64,000 nt of DNA, from assembly GCA_963674735.2 (NCBI GenBank), contig CAXXQS010000002.1, forward strand, positions 1,184,001 through 1,248,000, read 5' to 3'. Shown here one piece after another: positions 32,803 through 42,849 of this stretch; positions within the stretch are counted from its first letter, which is position 1; each line of letters begins with the position of its first letter. A program made the position numbers and the translations under genes. This DNA is from Myxococcota bacterium (GTDB taxonomy: Bacteria > Myxococcota_A > SURF-8). The notes under the pieces were generated by a model. The model made no database searches. It was not told where the DNA came from and was given only the letters and a program-made list of their open reading frames with translations.

Positions 32803-33777
32803 ATGCGCCGATTTCGGATGACAAACACAATGCATGGACGGTTTTGGCCGTGGTTGCCGTTGATGATGGCCTTGATTGTTTTCGGGCTGGAAGGTCAAGC
32901 CCTGGCGGCTCGCATCGCCGTGGTGAAAAGCTCCGGTTTGCCCTCTTACAACGAAGCCGTTACCGCTTTTACCGTTGCTTCGCGCGACGAAGTGGTTGAA
33001 TACAACATGGACGGCAAGGTGGAAAAGGCCAAGCAGGTTGTGTTGCAATTAATCAAAAAGCAGCCCGATCTGGTCTTGGCCGTCGGGCCTCTGGCCGCGT
33101 CGCTGACCGTCGAAAACCTGAAGAAAATCCCGATCGTGTTTTGCATGGTGCCCACCTTCGCGGCCACCCAGCTCGAAGGCGATAATGTCACCGGGATCAG
33201 CCTCACCCTGCCGTTGAAAACCCAATTGAAAACGCTGAAACTCATGGCGGAAAACGTCACCCGCGTGGGCCTGGTTTACCATGAAGCCAGTTCGGGTCCG
33301 CGAGTCGAGCAGGCGCGCAAAATCGCCGCCCGGCTCGGGATGACGTTGGAAACCCGAAAGGTGAGAAACAGCGCCGGAGTCGTCGGGGCGCTGGGCGAAT
33401 TGCGCGGGAAAATCGACGCCTTGTGGGTGGTTCCCGATAAGATGGTCCTCACCGCCGCCGGACACGCCGCTTTGGTGGATTTCGCCATCCGCTCGAAAAT
33501 TCCTTTCTTTTCACTGACACCCAAGCTGGTCAAGGCGGGGGCTTTGGTGTCGTTGTCGGCCGACTACGCCGCGATTGGCCGTCAGGCCGCCCAACTGGTG
33601 CGAAAAATCATCACCGACCGCATCAGCCCCTCTCTGATTCCCGTCTCGCCGCCCGAAGGCCTTGAAATTGCTATGAATCTCGGGACCGCCAAGAAAATCG
33701 GGGTGGAATGCGATATTGCATTGGCGGTTTTCACCTATGCGGCAACCCAAGGATATCCGATCAAGGTTTGCAAATAG
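32803..33777 (+). CDS. ABC_sub_bind-type periplasmic substrate-binding protein (orphan)
   Basis: ALA signal peptide; PIVFCMV, NVTGISL, DALWVVPD, GALVSLSADYAAIGRQAA. Confidence 0.8.
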   Translation: MRRFRMTNTMHGRFWPWLPLMMALIVFGLEGQALAARIAVVKSSGLPSYNEAVTAFTVASRDEVVEYNMDGKVEKAKQVVLQLIKKQPDLVLAVGPLAASLTVENLKKIPIVFCMVPTFAATQLEGDNVTGISLTLPLKTQLKTLKLMAENVTRVGLVYHEASSGPRVEQARKIAARLGMTLETRKVRNSAGVVGALGELRGKIDALWVVPDKMVLTAAGHAALVDFAIRSKIPFFSLTPKLVKAGALVSLSADYAAIGRQAAQLVRKIITDRISPSLIPVSPPEGLEIAMNLGTAKKIGVECDIALAVFTYAATQGYPIKVCK

Positions 33778-33868
33778 TGAATGTTCGAGCATTTATTAAT
33801 CCGATTGGCCGGGTCAAGGAACTCATGGACAATGGTTCTTTGGCAAGCTTGGCCTTTTCAGTCGGCGC

Positions 33869-34516
33869 ATGTTTGGCAAGGGCTCGGCAAGGAAGGGCGC
33901 TGTGACGACCCGAGATGAAAGACTCGAACAGGTGGTCGTCCGCTGCCGCGAAGGAGAGCAGGCCGCCTTTTCCGAGTTATTCCGCCTGATTCGCACCGAT
34001 ATTCTGCGTATCGTGGTGAGTACGGTCGGTCCGGATGCGGAGTTGGAAGACATCGTTCAGACCGCCTCGCTTGAAGTTTTCCGTTCCATTCGCCGCTTCA
34101 AAGGCCAAAGCAAATTCTCAAGCTGGCTTTACCGTCTGGTGGTCAATGTGGCCCTGCAGCATTTGCGCCGCCGCAAAACGGTGCCCAGGCCGATTGATGT
34201 CGGCGGATTGGCCGACGTGCTGGTGGCTGCGGATGAGGATCCCGAAAGCGTAAGCGTGCATCGTGAGCGATTGCGTTCGATTCGGGAAATCATTCAGGAA
34301 ATCGCACCGAAGAAACGGGCCGTGTTTCTGATGCATGAGGTGGACGGTTTTACACCGGAGGAGATTGCCGACAAATTGGGCGTATCGAGGTTGACGATCA
34401 AGTCCCGCCTGTTCTACGCCCGAAAAGACTTTCAGCGCAAACTCCGCCAGCAGGCCATGCTCATGGCCAGCCGTGAAAAAACGGCGAAATTGAGCGAAAG
34501 CGATGAAGAAGTATGA
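33869..34516 (+). CDS. ECF sigma factor
   Basis: EDIVQ..FKGQSKFSSWLYRLVVN region 2; EIADKLG..TIKSRLFYAR region 4; alternative GTG start at 33902. Confidence 0.93.
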   Translation: MFGKGSARKGAVTTRDERLEQVVVRCREGEQAAFSELFRLIRTDILRIVVSTVGPDAELEDIVQTASLEVFRSIRRFKGQSKFSSWLYRLVVNVALQHLRRRKTVPRPIDVGGLADVLVAADEDPESVSVHRERLRSIREIIQEIAPKKRAVFLMHEVDGFTPEEIADKLGVSRLTIKSRLFYARKDFQRKLRQQAMLMASREKTAKLSESDEEV

Positions 34517-35871
34517 CCCGGCAAAAAATCGATGCTGATCTGATCGAGCGGGTCGCCAAGGGGACGGCGACGGCGACGGAATGCGACCACCTGGAAAAGG
34601 CGGCCGCCATCGATCCGGTGTTACGTGAACAATTGGCGCTTTACCGTGCTTTGCCGGAAGCGGTTCGTCCGCCTCAACTCGACGAGGCGGACTGGATGCG
34701 TCTTGAGAGGCGCGTAATGGCCGCCTGGGAGTCCGAGTCCCCCCGAACGCCGGTCCGAGTTCCCGCTTGGGCCTTTTCCGCCTTTTACGGGGCGCTGGCG
34801 TTGGTCTTGGTAATCATGGGTGCCATGTTGGTAAATCGGACCGACCTACCGACCGAATCCGATACGGCTTTCAAACTGACCGCTCCCCCGCAGCCTTTCG
34901 ACACCGGTTTCCCCGGACCGCGCGGTTTGACCGCCGCTGTAACCATCGATGAACGCAAGGGAAATCCCTATGTGGGCATTCACAGCCTGGCGCGGGGTTG
35001 GGTGCAGGGCGGCGACGAGATCGTCACGGCCGCCGACGAGCAGGTCACGCTAAGTCTGGGTAAACGCGCCACTTTCACTTTAAAGGCCGAGTCGGCGCTA
35101 CGCTTTCACGAGTACAAAGGCCGTGTATCGCCTTATCTGGCTTACGGCGAGATCGACTGCCGGATTCAGCACGACCCGTCCCGTCCGTTCATTCTGCTGA
35201 CCCCCGAGGCGCGCTTGATCGATATCGGCACGGAGTTTACGGTCGTGGTCGATCCCGAAAACGATACGCATCGGGTCTCGGTGCGCGAAGGAGCGGTGCG
35301 GGTGGAGCGGCGTGGAGCGACGGCGGAGGTGCATCCGGGTGAGGAAGCCGATTGGAGCTCGAAGCGGCGCGGCGTGCGGGTTCGGGCGGTGCCGCCGCCG
35401 ACCAAGCCGGAGGTTCGTCCGCCTCAGGTGAGCGGAATTCCCGATCGGCCCGAACGCGAACCGGCTAAGCAGCCGCGTATCGAACCGGCGCCTGCGAAAC
35501 CGCAAGTCCCGCAACCCCGGATGGACGAACCGGCTCAGGTGCAGGTGACGCGGACTTCCTGGCAACGAACCCTCGAAGCGCTGCCGACGCCCGTACGTGG
35601 TCGGATCGTTCGATTCTACGACACGGTGGAGCGGCAGATGGGTTCCGGATACACGCAACGGGCCATTCTCAATTTGGAGAATTTCCTCGATCGCCAGCGC
35701 GGTCCGGAACGGGAAAAGGCCGAATTTCTTTTGAGTGAATGCCATTATCAGCTTCAGGCGTATGCGAAAGCACAGGCCGCCTTCCTGCATTACATCCAAA
35801 CCTATCCCGACGGCACCTGGTCGGAAATGGCGCGTTTCCGTTTTGCCGAGCTAAGCCGAAAAACGCGTTGA
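34513..35871 (+). CDS. FecR-family anti-sigma factor with Pro-rich linker and C-terminal TPR
   Basis: ATGA overlap with the sigma gene; TM segment; DIGTEFTV..VSVREGAVRV; YIQTYPDG. Confidence 0.85.
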   Translation: MTRQKIDADLIERVAKGTATATECDHLEKAAAIDPVLREQLALYRALPEAVRPPQLDEADWMRLERRVMAAWESESPRTPVRVPAWAFSAFYGALALVLVIMGAMLVNRTDLPTESDTAFKLTAPPQPFDTGFPGPRGLTAAVTIDERKGNPYVGIHSLARGWVQGGDEIVTAADEQVTLSLGKRATFTLKAESALRFHEYKGRVSPYLAYGEIDCRIQHDPSRPFILLTPEARLIDIGTEFTVVVDPENDTHRVSVREGAVRVERRGATAEVHPGEEADWSSKRRGVRVRAVPPPTKPEVRPPQVSGIPDRPEREPAKQPRIEPAPAKPQVPQPRMDEPAQVQVTRTSWQRTLEALPTPVRGRIVRFYDTVERQMGSGYTQRAILNLENFLDRQRGPEREKAEFLLSECHYQLQAYAKAQAAFLHYIQTYPDGTWSEMARFRFAELSRKTR

Positions 35872-35956
35872 TCCCGATCCATTCGGATTCGAAAAATCGG
35901 CGAACCGACCGGAATGAGGGAGGAAAATGCGGGCGGCAGTCAATAGCGCCTCTGCG

Positions 35957-37402
35957 TTAATTTCCCTTTTTCTCCAAACCGAAGATCGAGGCGCCGCGCA
36001 CGTTTTCGTCGATGACATGCGGGCTCAGGATGGAGGGAAAGGCGCGTTCGGAGCAGTCCATGCGTTCGCACAGGCGGCAGGTGACGCCGATGGGGACGGC
36101 GGCGTCCGGGTTGTCGAGGTCAACGCCGTCGCTGTAAATCATTTCACGGGCGTAACTGATTTCGCAACCCAGATCGATGGCCTGCATGGCTTGATGGGGC
36201 GAATAGACGCCGCTGCTTTTGTGAATGGTGCGCGCCACCGAAAAATAGGTGGATCCGTTGGGCATGCGCGAGACCTGGGTTTGGATATGTCCGGGCGTGA
36301 GCAGGGCCGAGAAGACGTTCCACTTGGCGCAGCCTCCTGAAAAGCGGGCGAAGCGGATACCCGAACCGGAAAACTTTTTCGAGATGTTGCCGGCGATATC
36401 GACGCGGATGAAGTAAAAAGGCAGCGCTTCCATCCCCGGGCGGCGCAACGAGGTGAGGCGCTGACACACCTGCTCGAAACCGGTATAGAACTGCCGTGCC
36501 AGGTATTCGATATCATAGCGACTTTCACGCGCGATCTTGTAGAAACGCTCGTACGGCATGATGATCGCCCCGGCGAAATAATTGGCCAGGGCCAGCTTGG
36601 TGAGCTTGCGCGATTGATCGGTGGTCAGATTGGCGTCGTGGGTGAGGAATTCCAGCGTCTCTCCCTGGGAAAGGAACGACAACTGATGCGCCAGATGAAA
36701 AATCTGGCTACGCGGCGGAATCGTCTCGCTAAGCGTCAGGGTGCGTGTTTCCGGATCGTAACGCCTTAAAAATTCTCCCGTTTTTCGACTGCTGCGTGTC
36801 TCGACTTTAACCCCGAACGCCTCTTTCAAGTAGTTCATCAAACCGAGATACAGGTTGTGGCGGTCGAGCTTGGCCTCCTGCCAGATGCGTTCCGCGCCCT
36901 CTTCCAGCGTGGGGAAGTAGTTCATGTGTTGCTGGAACATGTCGCTCACTTCCTCGGAAGGCAGGGTGGAGCGATCCATGCCGGAATAGTCGTCCGAATC
37001 CGACAGGCGGGCGGCGAGGGTCTGAGCCGATTCGCGAGTGCCCTGGTAGGAGCGGTAGAGAATTTTGATGGCCGCCGAAATACTGGGGGAAACCGTCACG
37101 ATTTCGCGAATGTCGCTGGTGGTGAGGCGCTGGTCTTCGAAGATGGGATCGGAAAAGACTTCGATCAGATCGGAAATCAGGCGCGCATTATCGTCCATCG
37201 CCAAGGATTGAATATCGAGATTGAACAACTTGGCAAGCTTGATGAGCAGCTCGGCCGACATGGGGCGGCGGTTGTTTTCGATGAGGTTCAAGTAGCTTAC
37301 CGAAATTCCAAGACGCTCGGCCAGTTGCTTCTGCGTCAGGTTTTCACGACGGCGCAACGCCCGCACTCGGACACCCAACCTGACGGAACTTTTTTCCTTC
37401 AT
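35957..37402 (-). CDS. ramB: XRE-family short-chain acyl-CoA regulator (RamB/PrpR/ScfR type)
   Basis: N-terminal HTH (SYLNLIENNRRP), RVDIAGNISK, CRLCERMDCSERAFP; divergent from aceBA. Confidence 0.85.
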   Translation of the reverse strand: MKEKSSVRLGVRVRALRRRENLTQKQLAERLGISVSYLNLIENNRRPMSAELLIKLAKLFNLDIQSLAMDDNARLISDLIEVFSDPIFEDQRLTTSDIREIVTVSPSISAAIKILYRSYQGTRESAQTLAARLSDSDDYSGMDRSTLPSEEVSDMFQQHMNYFPTLEEGAERIWQEAKLDRHNLYLGLMNYLKEAFGVKVETRSSRKTGEFLRRYDPETRTLTLSETIPPRSQIFHLAHQLSFLSQGETLEFLTHDANLTTDQSRKLTKLALANYFAGAIIMPYERFYKIARESRYDIEYLARQFYTGFEQVCQRLTSLRRPGMEALPFYFIRVDIAGNISKKFSGSGIRFARFSGGCAKWNVFSALLTPGHIQTQVSRMPNGSTYFSVARTIHKSSGVYSPHQAMQAIDLGCEISYAREMIYSDGVDLDNPDAAVPIGVTCRLCERMDCSERAFPSILSPHVIDENVRGASIFGLEKKGN

Positions 37403-37429
37403 CGATCCACTCCTGAAACTCGATACACA

Positions 37430-37467
37430 TTTACATTGTGTTACTTTACAAGTTTTACAGCTTTACA
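37430..37467. promoter_or_regulatory. Four TTTACA direct repeats, candidate operator of the RamB-type regulator
   Basis: TTTACA at 37430, 37445, 37454 and 37462. Confidence 0.6.
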
Positions 37468-37610
37468 GCAAGAGATTTTTTCAGGATACGCACAGTTTTT
37501 TTATCGCGGTAACGTAAAGCCAGGAATTTTCCTGCTGCCGAAACCATCGTAACATACTGTGATATGACAATTGTCACACCCATTTAATGGATCAGTTTAA
37601 GGAGACGGCC

Positions 37611-39224
37611 ATGAGCATGACCCGCAGCGGAACAGGGATCGAAGTCCTGGGTCCGATAAATAATACCTTCAATGAGATCTTAACTCCCGAAGCCTTGGCT
37701 TTCGTGGCCGATCTTTCACGCCGCTTCAGTCCGCGGGTGGAGGAACTGCTTGAACGCCGCAAGGTTGTTCAGGCGGGTTTGGATGCCGATGACAAACTCG
37801 ATTTTCTTAGTGAAACCGAAGACATTCGCAATGGAGACTGGACGGTGGCGCCGGTTCCGGAGGACATTCAAGACCGGCGCGTGGAAATCACCGGACCGGT
37901 CGAACGGAAAATGATCATCAATGCGCTGAACTCCGGGGCCAATGTATTCATGGCCGATTTCGAAGACGCCAATGCTCCCACCTGGGACAACCTGTTGCAG
38001 GGGCAGATCAACCTGCGCGACGCCGTAAACGGAACCATCGATTACACCGACCCGATCAAGGGGAAACACTACAGTCTCAACGATCGGCGGGCCGTTCTTT
38101 TCGTTCGCCCGCGTGGGTGGCATCTGGCGGAACAACACCTGCATGTGGATGGCAAAGCGGTGCCGGGCGGACTGTTCGATTTCGGACTTTACTTCTTCCA
38201 CAACGCGAAAACGCGGGTCGAGAAGGGTACGGCTCCCTATTTTTATCTTCCCAAGCTGCAAAGCCACCTGGAGGCGCGTCTTTGGAATGATGTGTTCGTC
38301 TACTCCCAACAAGCTCTCGGCCTGCCGAACGGGACCATCAAGGCCACGGTTTTGATCGAAACTCTTCCGGCGGCGTTCCAGATGGATGAAATCCTATATG
38401 AATTGCGCGACCATTCGGCCGGACTGAATTGCGGGCGTTGGGACTATATCTTCAGCTATATCAAAACCTTCCGCAACCACCCGGCGTATGTCATTCCCGA
38501 TCGCGGCTTGGTGACGATGGAACAACCCTTCATGCGTGCTTACACCCAGAACCTGGTGAAGACCTGCCACCGGCGCAACGCCTTCGCCATGGGCGGCATG
38601 GCGGCTTTTATCCCGATCAAAAACGACCCGGCGGCCAACGAAGAGGTCATGGAACGCGTGCGGCAGGACAAGCTGCGTGAAGTGACCGATGGTCACGACG
38701 GCACCTGGGTGGCGCATCCGGGTCTGGTGGCGCTGGCGCGCGAAGTCTTCGATGCCCACATGACGACGCCCAACCAGTTGCACGTCAAGCGCGAAGACGT
38801 CCAGGTGACCGCAGCCGACCTGCAGCGTGTACCCGAGGGTGCGCGCACGGAAGCGGGTCTGCGCAACAACACGCGCGTGGGCGTGCAGTATATCGAGGCC
38901 TGGTTGGGTGGCAATGGTTGCGTTCCGCTCTATAACCTCATGGAGGATGCCGCCACCGCCGAAATCGCCCGCACCCAGGTGTGGCAGTGGATCCACCACA
39001 AAGCCACCCTGGACGACGGGGCTCCGCTGACGCCCGAACGCTTCCGAGCCGTTTTGAATGAAGAGATGGAGGTGATTCGCTCCGAAGTGGGAGATGCCCG
39101 GTTCAAGGCGGGGCGTTTCGAGAAAGCACGCGATCTTTTCGAACGGTTGTCCACCTCGGAAACCTTCGACGAGTTTCTGACGCTCCCGGCTTACGAATAT
39201 ATCCTGACGCCGAATGCCTCGTAA
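37611..39224 (+). CDS. aceB: Malate synthase A
   Basis: DRRVEITGP, VRPRGWHL, GLNCGRWDYIFS, LMEDAATAEI. Confidence 0.97.
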   Translation: MSMTRSGTGIEVLGPINNTFNEILTPEALAFVADLSRRFSPRVEELLERRKVVQAGLDADDKLDFLSETEDIRNGDWTVAPVPEDIQDRRVEITGPVERKMIINALNSGANVFMADFEDANAPTWDNLLQGQINLRDAVNGTIDYTDPIKGKHYSLNDRRAVLFVRPRGWHLAEQHLHVDGKAVPGGLFDFGLYFFHNAKTRVEKGTAPYFYLPKLQSHLEARLWNDVFVYSQQALGLPNGTIKATVLIETLPAAFQMDEILYELRDHSAGLNCGRWDYIFSYIKTFRNHPAYVIPDRGLVTMEQPFMRAYTQNLVKTCHRRNAFAMGGMAAFIPIKNDPAANEEVMERVRQDKLREVTDGHDGTWVAHPGLVALAREVFDAHMTTPNQLHVKREDVQVTAADLQRVPEGARTEAGLRNNTRVGVQYIEAWLGGNGCVPLYNLMEDAATAEIARTQVWQWIHHKATLDDGAPLTPERFRAVLNEEMEVIRSEVGDARFKAGRFEKARDLFERLSTSETFDEFLTLPAYEYILTPNAS

Positions 39225-39295
39225 GGGCCGGGCGTAAATCTGTGGGAGAAATCCATTTCCGGCAATGAATGAGAGTTAATCAAAGGAGATACACG

Positions 39296-40561
39296 ATGAG
39301 CAAGGCGACCTGGAAAAGCTATGAAGAACTGGCACCGGCCCGGTTCGAAGGGATTGTACGGCCTTATTCCGCGGCGGATGTCGAACGGCTCAGGGGTTCG
39401 ATGAAGATCGAATACACCTTGGCCGATCAGGGCGCCAAGCGTCTGTGGGAGTTGATCAACAACCGCGATTACGTTCACGGTCTGGGCGCCATTACCGGCA
39501 ATCAGGCGGTGCAGATGGTTCGGGCGGGTCTGGAAGCCATTTATCTCAGCGGCTGGCAGGTGGCGGCCGACGGCAATCTGGCGGGACAAACCTATCCCGA
39601 CCAGAGTTTGTATCCTTCGAATTCGGTTCCGGCCATGGTCGGTCGCATCAACCGCGCCCTCCAGCGCGCCGATCAGATCGACCATAGCGAAGGGAAAACG
39701 GGTACTTATTGGTATGCCCCGATCATCGCCGATGCCGAAGCGGGTTTCGGAGGACCGCTCAACGTATACGAGATGATGAAGGGCATGATCGAGGCCGGGG
39801 CCTCGGCGGTGCATTACGAAGACCAGTTGTCGTCGGAGAAAAAATGCGGCCATCTGGGGGGGAAGGTGTTGATTCCCACCAGCCAGTTCATTCGCACGCT
39901 CGTGGCGGCGCGTCTGGCGGCGGACGTCATGGATGTCCCCACCGTCCTGATCGCCCGCACCGATGCGGAGGCGGCCAAGTTGCTGACCTCGGATATCGAT
40001 GAGGCCGATAAACCTTTCCTGACCGGCGAACGCTCCCCCGAAGGTTTCTATTACATCAAAAACGGTCTCGAAACGGCCATTGCGCGTGCCGTGAGCTACG
40101 CGCCCTATGCCGACCTGCTTTGGTGCGAAACCCAGACTCCGGACCTGGAGGCGGCCAAGCAGTTTGCCGATGGCGTGCACGACAAATATCCCAATCAGGC
40201 GCTGGCCTATAACTGCTCGCCCTCCTTCAACTGGAACAAACATATGGATGACGCCCAGCTGAAAGTTTTCCAGCGCGAACTGGGGGCTATGGGGTACAAA
40301 TTCCAGTTCATCACCCTGGCCGGTTTCCATTCGCTCAATTACGGAATTTTCGATCTGGCCAAGAAATACACCACCGAAGGCATGTGGGCCTACGGGCGTC
40401 TGCAGCGCTACGAGTTGGAAGCGGAAAAGGAAGGCTACACCGCGACCAAACACCAGCATGAAGTGGGCACCGGCTATTTCGACGAAGTGGCTTCCGTGAT
40501 CAGTGGCGGCAAGGCGTCCACCCTGGCGCTCAAGGAATCCACCGAGACCAAGCAATTCTGA
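39296..40561 (+). CDS. aceA: Isocitrate lyase
   Basis: [29 protein letters not shown]. Confidence 0.98.
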   Translation: MSKATWKSYEELAPARFEGIVRPYSAADVERLRGSMKIEYTLADQGAKRLWELINNRDYVHGLGAITGNQAVQMVRAGLEAIYLSGWQVAADGNLAGQTYPDQSLYPSNSVPAMVGRINRALQRADQIDHSEGKTGTYWYAPIIADAEAGFGGPLNVYEMMKGMIEAGASAVHYEDQLSSEKKCGHLGGKVLIPTSQFIRTLVAARLAADVMDVPTVLIARTDAEAAKLLTSDIDEADKPFLTGERSPEGFYYIKNGLETAIARAVSYAPYADLLWCETQTPDLEAAKQFADGVHDKYPNQALAYNCSPSFNWNKHMDDAQLKVFQRELGAMGYKFQFITLAGFHSLNYGIFDLAKKYTTEGMWAYGRLQRYELEAEKEGYTATKHQHEVGTGYFDEVASVISGGKASTLALKESTETKQF

Positions 40562-40602
40562 TCCGGATATCGGGCGCTTACGTCTGATTCACCCTCAAAC
40601 AC

Positions 40603-40642
40603 ATCCGGGTTCCCTCAAAAAGAGGGAGCCCGGATTTCTTTT
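40603..40642 (+). terminator. Intrinsic terminator after aceA
   Basis: 14-bp stem ATCCGGGTTCCCTC/GAGGGAGCCCGGAT then TTCTTTT. Confidence 0.85.
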
Positions 40643-41078
40643 ATGAAATCCTGTTTCATTTCGCCAAACTGTGCGATTTATCCATCCCATCCACAAGTTA
40701 TCAACACTCTAAAAGAGACCAAAAATAGTTATATTCAGATAGGTTTGATTTCAGACAATAAAGACAACCTAAGTAATTTTCTTGTATCTATCTGATTTTA
40801 TACACTTTATCGTGATATTTGCATCGCCTGCAGGTTCGGCCTGGTTGATTTGCTGGCAAACGGGCAATGGGGCAAAAATGAAGATAATTGTATCGAATGG
40901 CGAAATGTGAATAGCCTTGGTTTGGCAGTGAACGGCTTTCTGTCGTTTATTCGCGACGATGCTGGTGTTGCCCGATGGGTCCGGCGATAAGCGATTGACT
41001 TTCCTGTCGTTGGCTGATATGTCCAATAGATACGGAATGTCCCGAATTTTATTGAGAATAGGTAAACAGGGGTATGGA

Positions 41079-41648
41079 ATGATCGAAGCCATATGGCCTT
41101 TCCGGCGTCTTATGTTGCCGACTCGGAAAAACGGTCCGGTGTGGGTGTTGATGCTTGTTTTAGGAGCATTGATGTTTGGACCGGGAACGGCGGAGGCAAA
41201 GCAGGGTGAATTTGGACTGTCGTTGTCTGCGGGCACGGGCGTGCTGGTTGGAACGACGTCCAGCGATACCGCCACCTCCGATACCATTCTTACGCGGCAG
41301 CCGACCCTGCTGGATCTGGACTTTCAATATGAGGTGCTTGGCTGGCTGGCTCCGTCTTTGCGGGTAGAGATGACCGTCGAGCAAGGCGAAGCGCTGACTT
41401 TAGTGCCGGGTGTGGTGTTCGATACCGACGGCGATCAAGTTTCTTTCTTCGGGCGTGTCGGTTTGGCGGTTCGACTGGAGCCCAACTACTATGGGTTGGA
41501 TCTGGGCGGCGGTTTGGTTTGGCATTTCCTGCGTCACTTGGGACTGGTGGCGGAATTGCACGTGGAACCCCTGTTTCTGGGCGACGAACTGACCGGCGGT
41601 GTGGTCGCTCCCTTCTTTTTCCTGGCCGGATTGCGGGGGAACCTGTGA
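41079..41648 (+). CDS. Small outer membrane beta-barrel protein
   Basis: AEA signal cleavage, about 8 amphipathic strands; start uncertain. Confidence 0.65.
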   Translation: MIEAIWPFRRLMLPTRKNGPVWVLMLVLGALMFGPGTAEAKQGEFGLSLSAGTGVLVGTTSSDTATSDTILTRQPTLLDLDFQYEVLGWLAPSLRVEMTVEQGEALTLVPGVVFDTDGDQVSFFGRVGLAVRLEPNYYGLDLGGGLVWHFLRHLGLVAELHVEPLFLGDELTGGVVAPFFFLAGLRGNL

Positions 41649-42832
41649 TGGCGCGACGCAAGCAACAAGCCGGTCTCGGTTTCCTGGTCATCGCCTGCCT
41701 GCTGGTTTTTTCCGGAAGCGTCCATGCGCAGGTGGAAACCTCCGTGGCGGTGCTGCCGGTGCAATCGGCCCAGCGGCTCGGCGTCCTTGAAGACAAAGAG
41801 ATCGTCCAGGCGCTGACAGCTCCCTTGGCTGAACGTGAGGATTACACGATTGTACCGCCGCGTGTGGCGGCCGTGCGGCTGGGTATCATCACCCAAGCGA
41901 TCACCGACCCCGCCTTCATGCAGAAGGCCGGAGAACGACTGGATGTAAAACAGGTGGTTGCCTGCCGTCTTTCTTCCAGTGCCGCCTCCCGCGAAGATCG
42001 GAAAAACTATCGGTATTCGCTGGCCTATTACGATGTGGACGGTCGTGCCATGATGGCGATGAGCGAGGGCCAGTGCAGTATTTGTTCGCCCCCCGAACTG
42101 GGACGGAAAATCGCCTTGGAAACCAAACGCTTGTATGCCGGTCCCTATCCGCTTGGCCTCGATACGGAGCCGTCCGGAGCGGTGGTTTACAATAAAGGCG
42201 AGAGTTGGGGACAAACACCGATTCGGCGCCCCTTGCCGGAAGGCAGCTATAAAGTCGTTTTGGCCCGCGATGGCTATAAGCGTATGGAGGTCGAATTCCC
42301 CATGCCCGGCGATCGTCCGCTTTACGCAACCCTGCCACTCGAAAAAGATCCCAACTGGACAGGCCCCATTCCGGTTGCCGTCGCGCCGGTTTCCCCGGCG
42401 GAAACCGCGCCGACCCAGCCCATGGAAGCGAATGCTCCGCCGTCGGGTGAAAGTCCGGCGTTCGAAGCCACTCGGCCAAGCGAGGTTTCCCGGGTTGAGG
42501 AAGCCATGTCGCCGCAACGGGCCTGGGGTTGGCGCAGCATCGGTTTGTCGGCTGCGACCTTTGCAGGCGGACTCGGTTTGACGCTGGCTTCTTTGCATGC
42601 CGATGACAAAGCGAGCGATACGCGGCTTCTGTCCGATACCCGCCAGGGCTATGCGGATCGACGGGACGGCTACGCAATCGGTTCCTATGTCATGTACGGT
42701 CTGGCCGGTGCGGCGTTGACCACCGGTCTGGTGCTGATCCTGACCGATCAACCACCCGACAGCGCCCGCGTGTCGATTGCGCCCGTTCTGGCTCCCGATG
42801 GCGCGGGCGTGCAGGCTCTTGTGCGCTATTAG
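41648..42832 (+). CDS. PEGA domain protein with C-terminal hydrophobic segments
   Basis: TGATG coupling; DTEPSGAVVY..GQTP..LPEGSYKVVLARDGY PEGA signature. Confidence 0.85.
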   Translation: MARRKQQAGLGFLVIACLLVFSGSVHAQVETSVAVLPVQSAQRLGVLEDKEIVQALTAPLAEREDYTIVPPRVAAVRLGIITQAITDPAFMQKAGERLDVKQVVACRLSSSAASREDRKNYRYSLAYYDVDGRAMMAMSEGQCSICSPPELGRKIALETKRLYAGPYPLGLDTEPSGAVVYNKGESWGQTPIRRPLPEGSYKVVLARDGYKRMEVEFPMPGDRPLYATLPLEKDPNWTGPIPVAVAPVSPAETAPTQPMEANAPPSGESPAFEATRPSEVSRVEEAMSPQRAWGWRSIGLSAATFAGGLGLTLASLHADDKASDTRLLSDTRQGYADRRDGYAIGSYVMYGLAGAALTTGLVLILTDQPPDSARVSIAPVLAPDGAGVQALVRY

Positions 42833-42849
42833 AAGTCGCGGAGGTCAAG

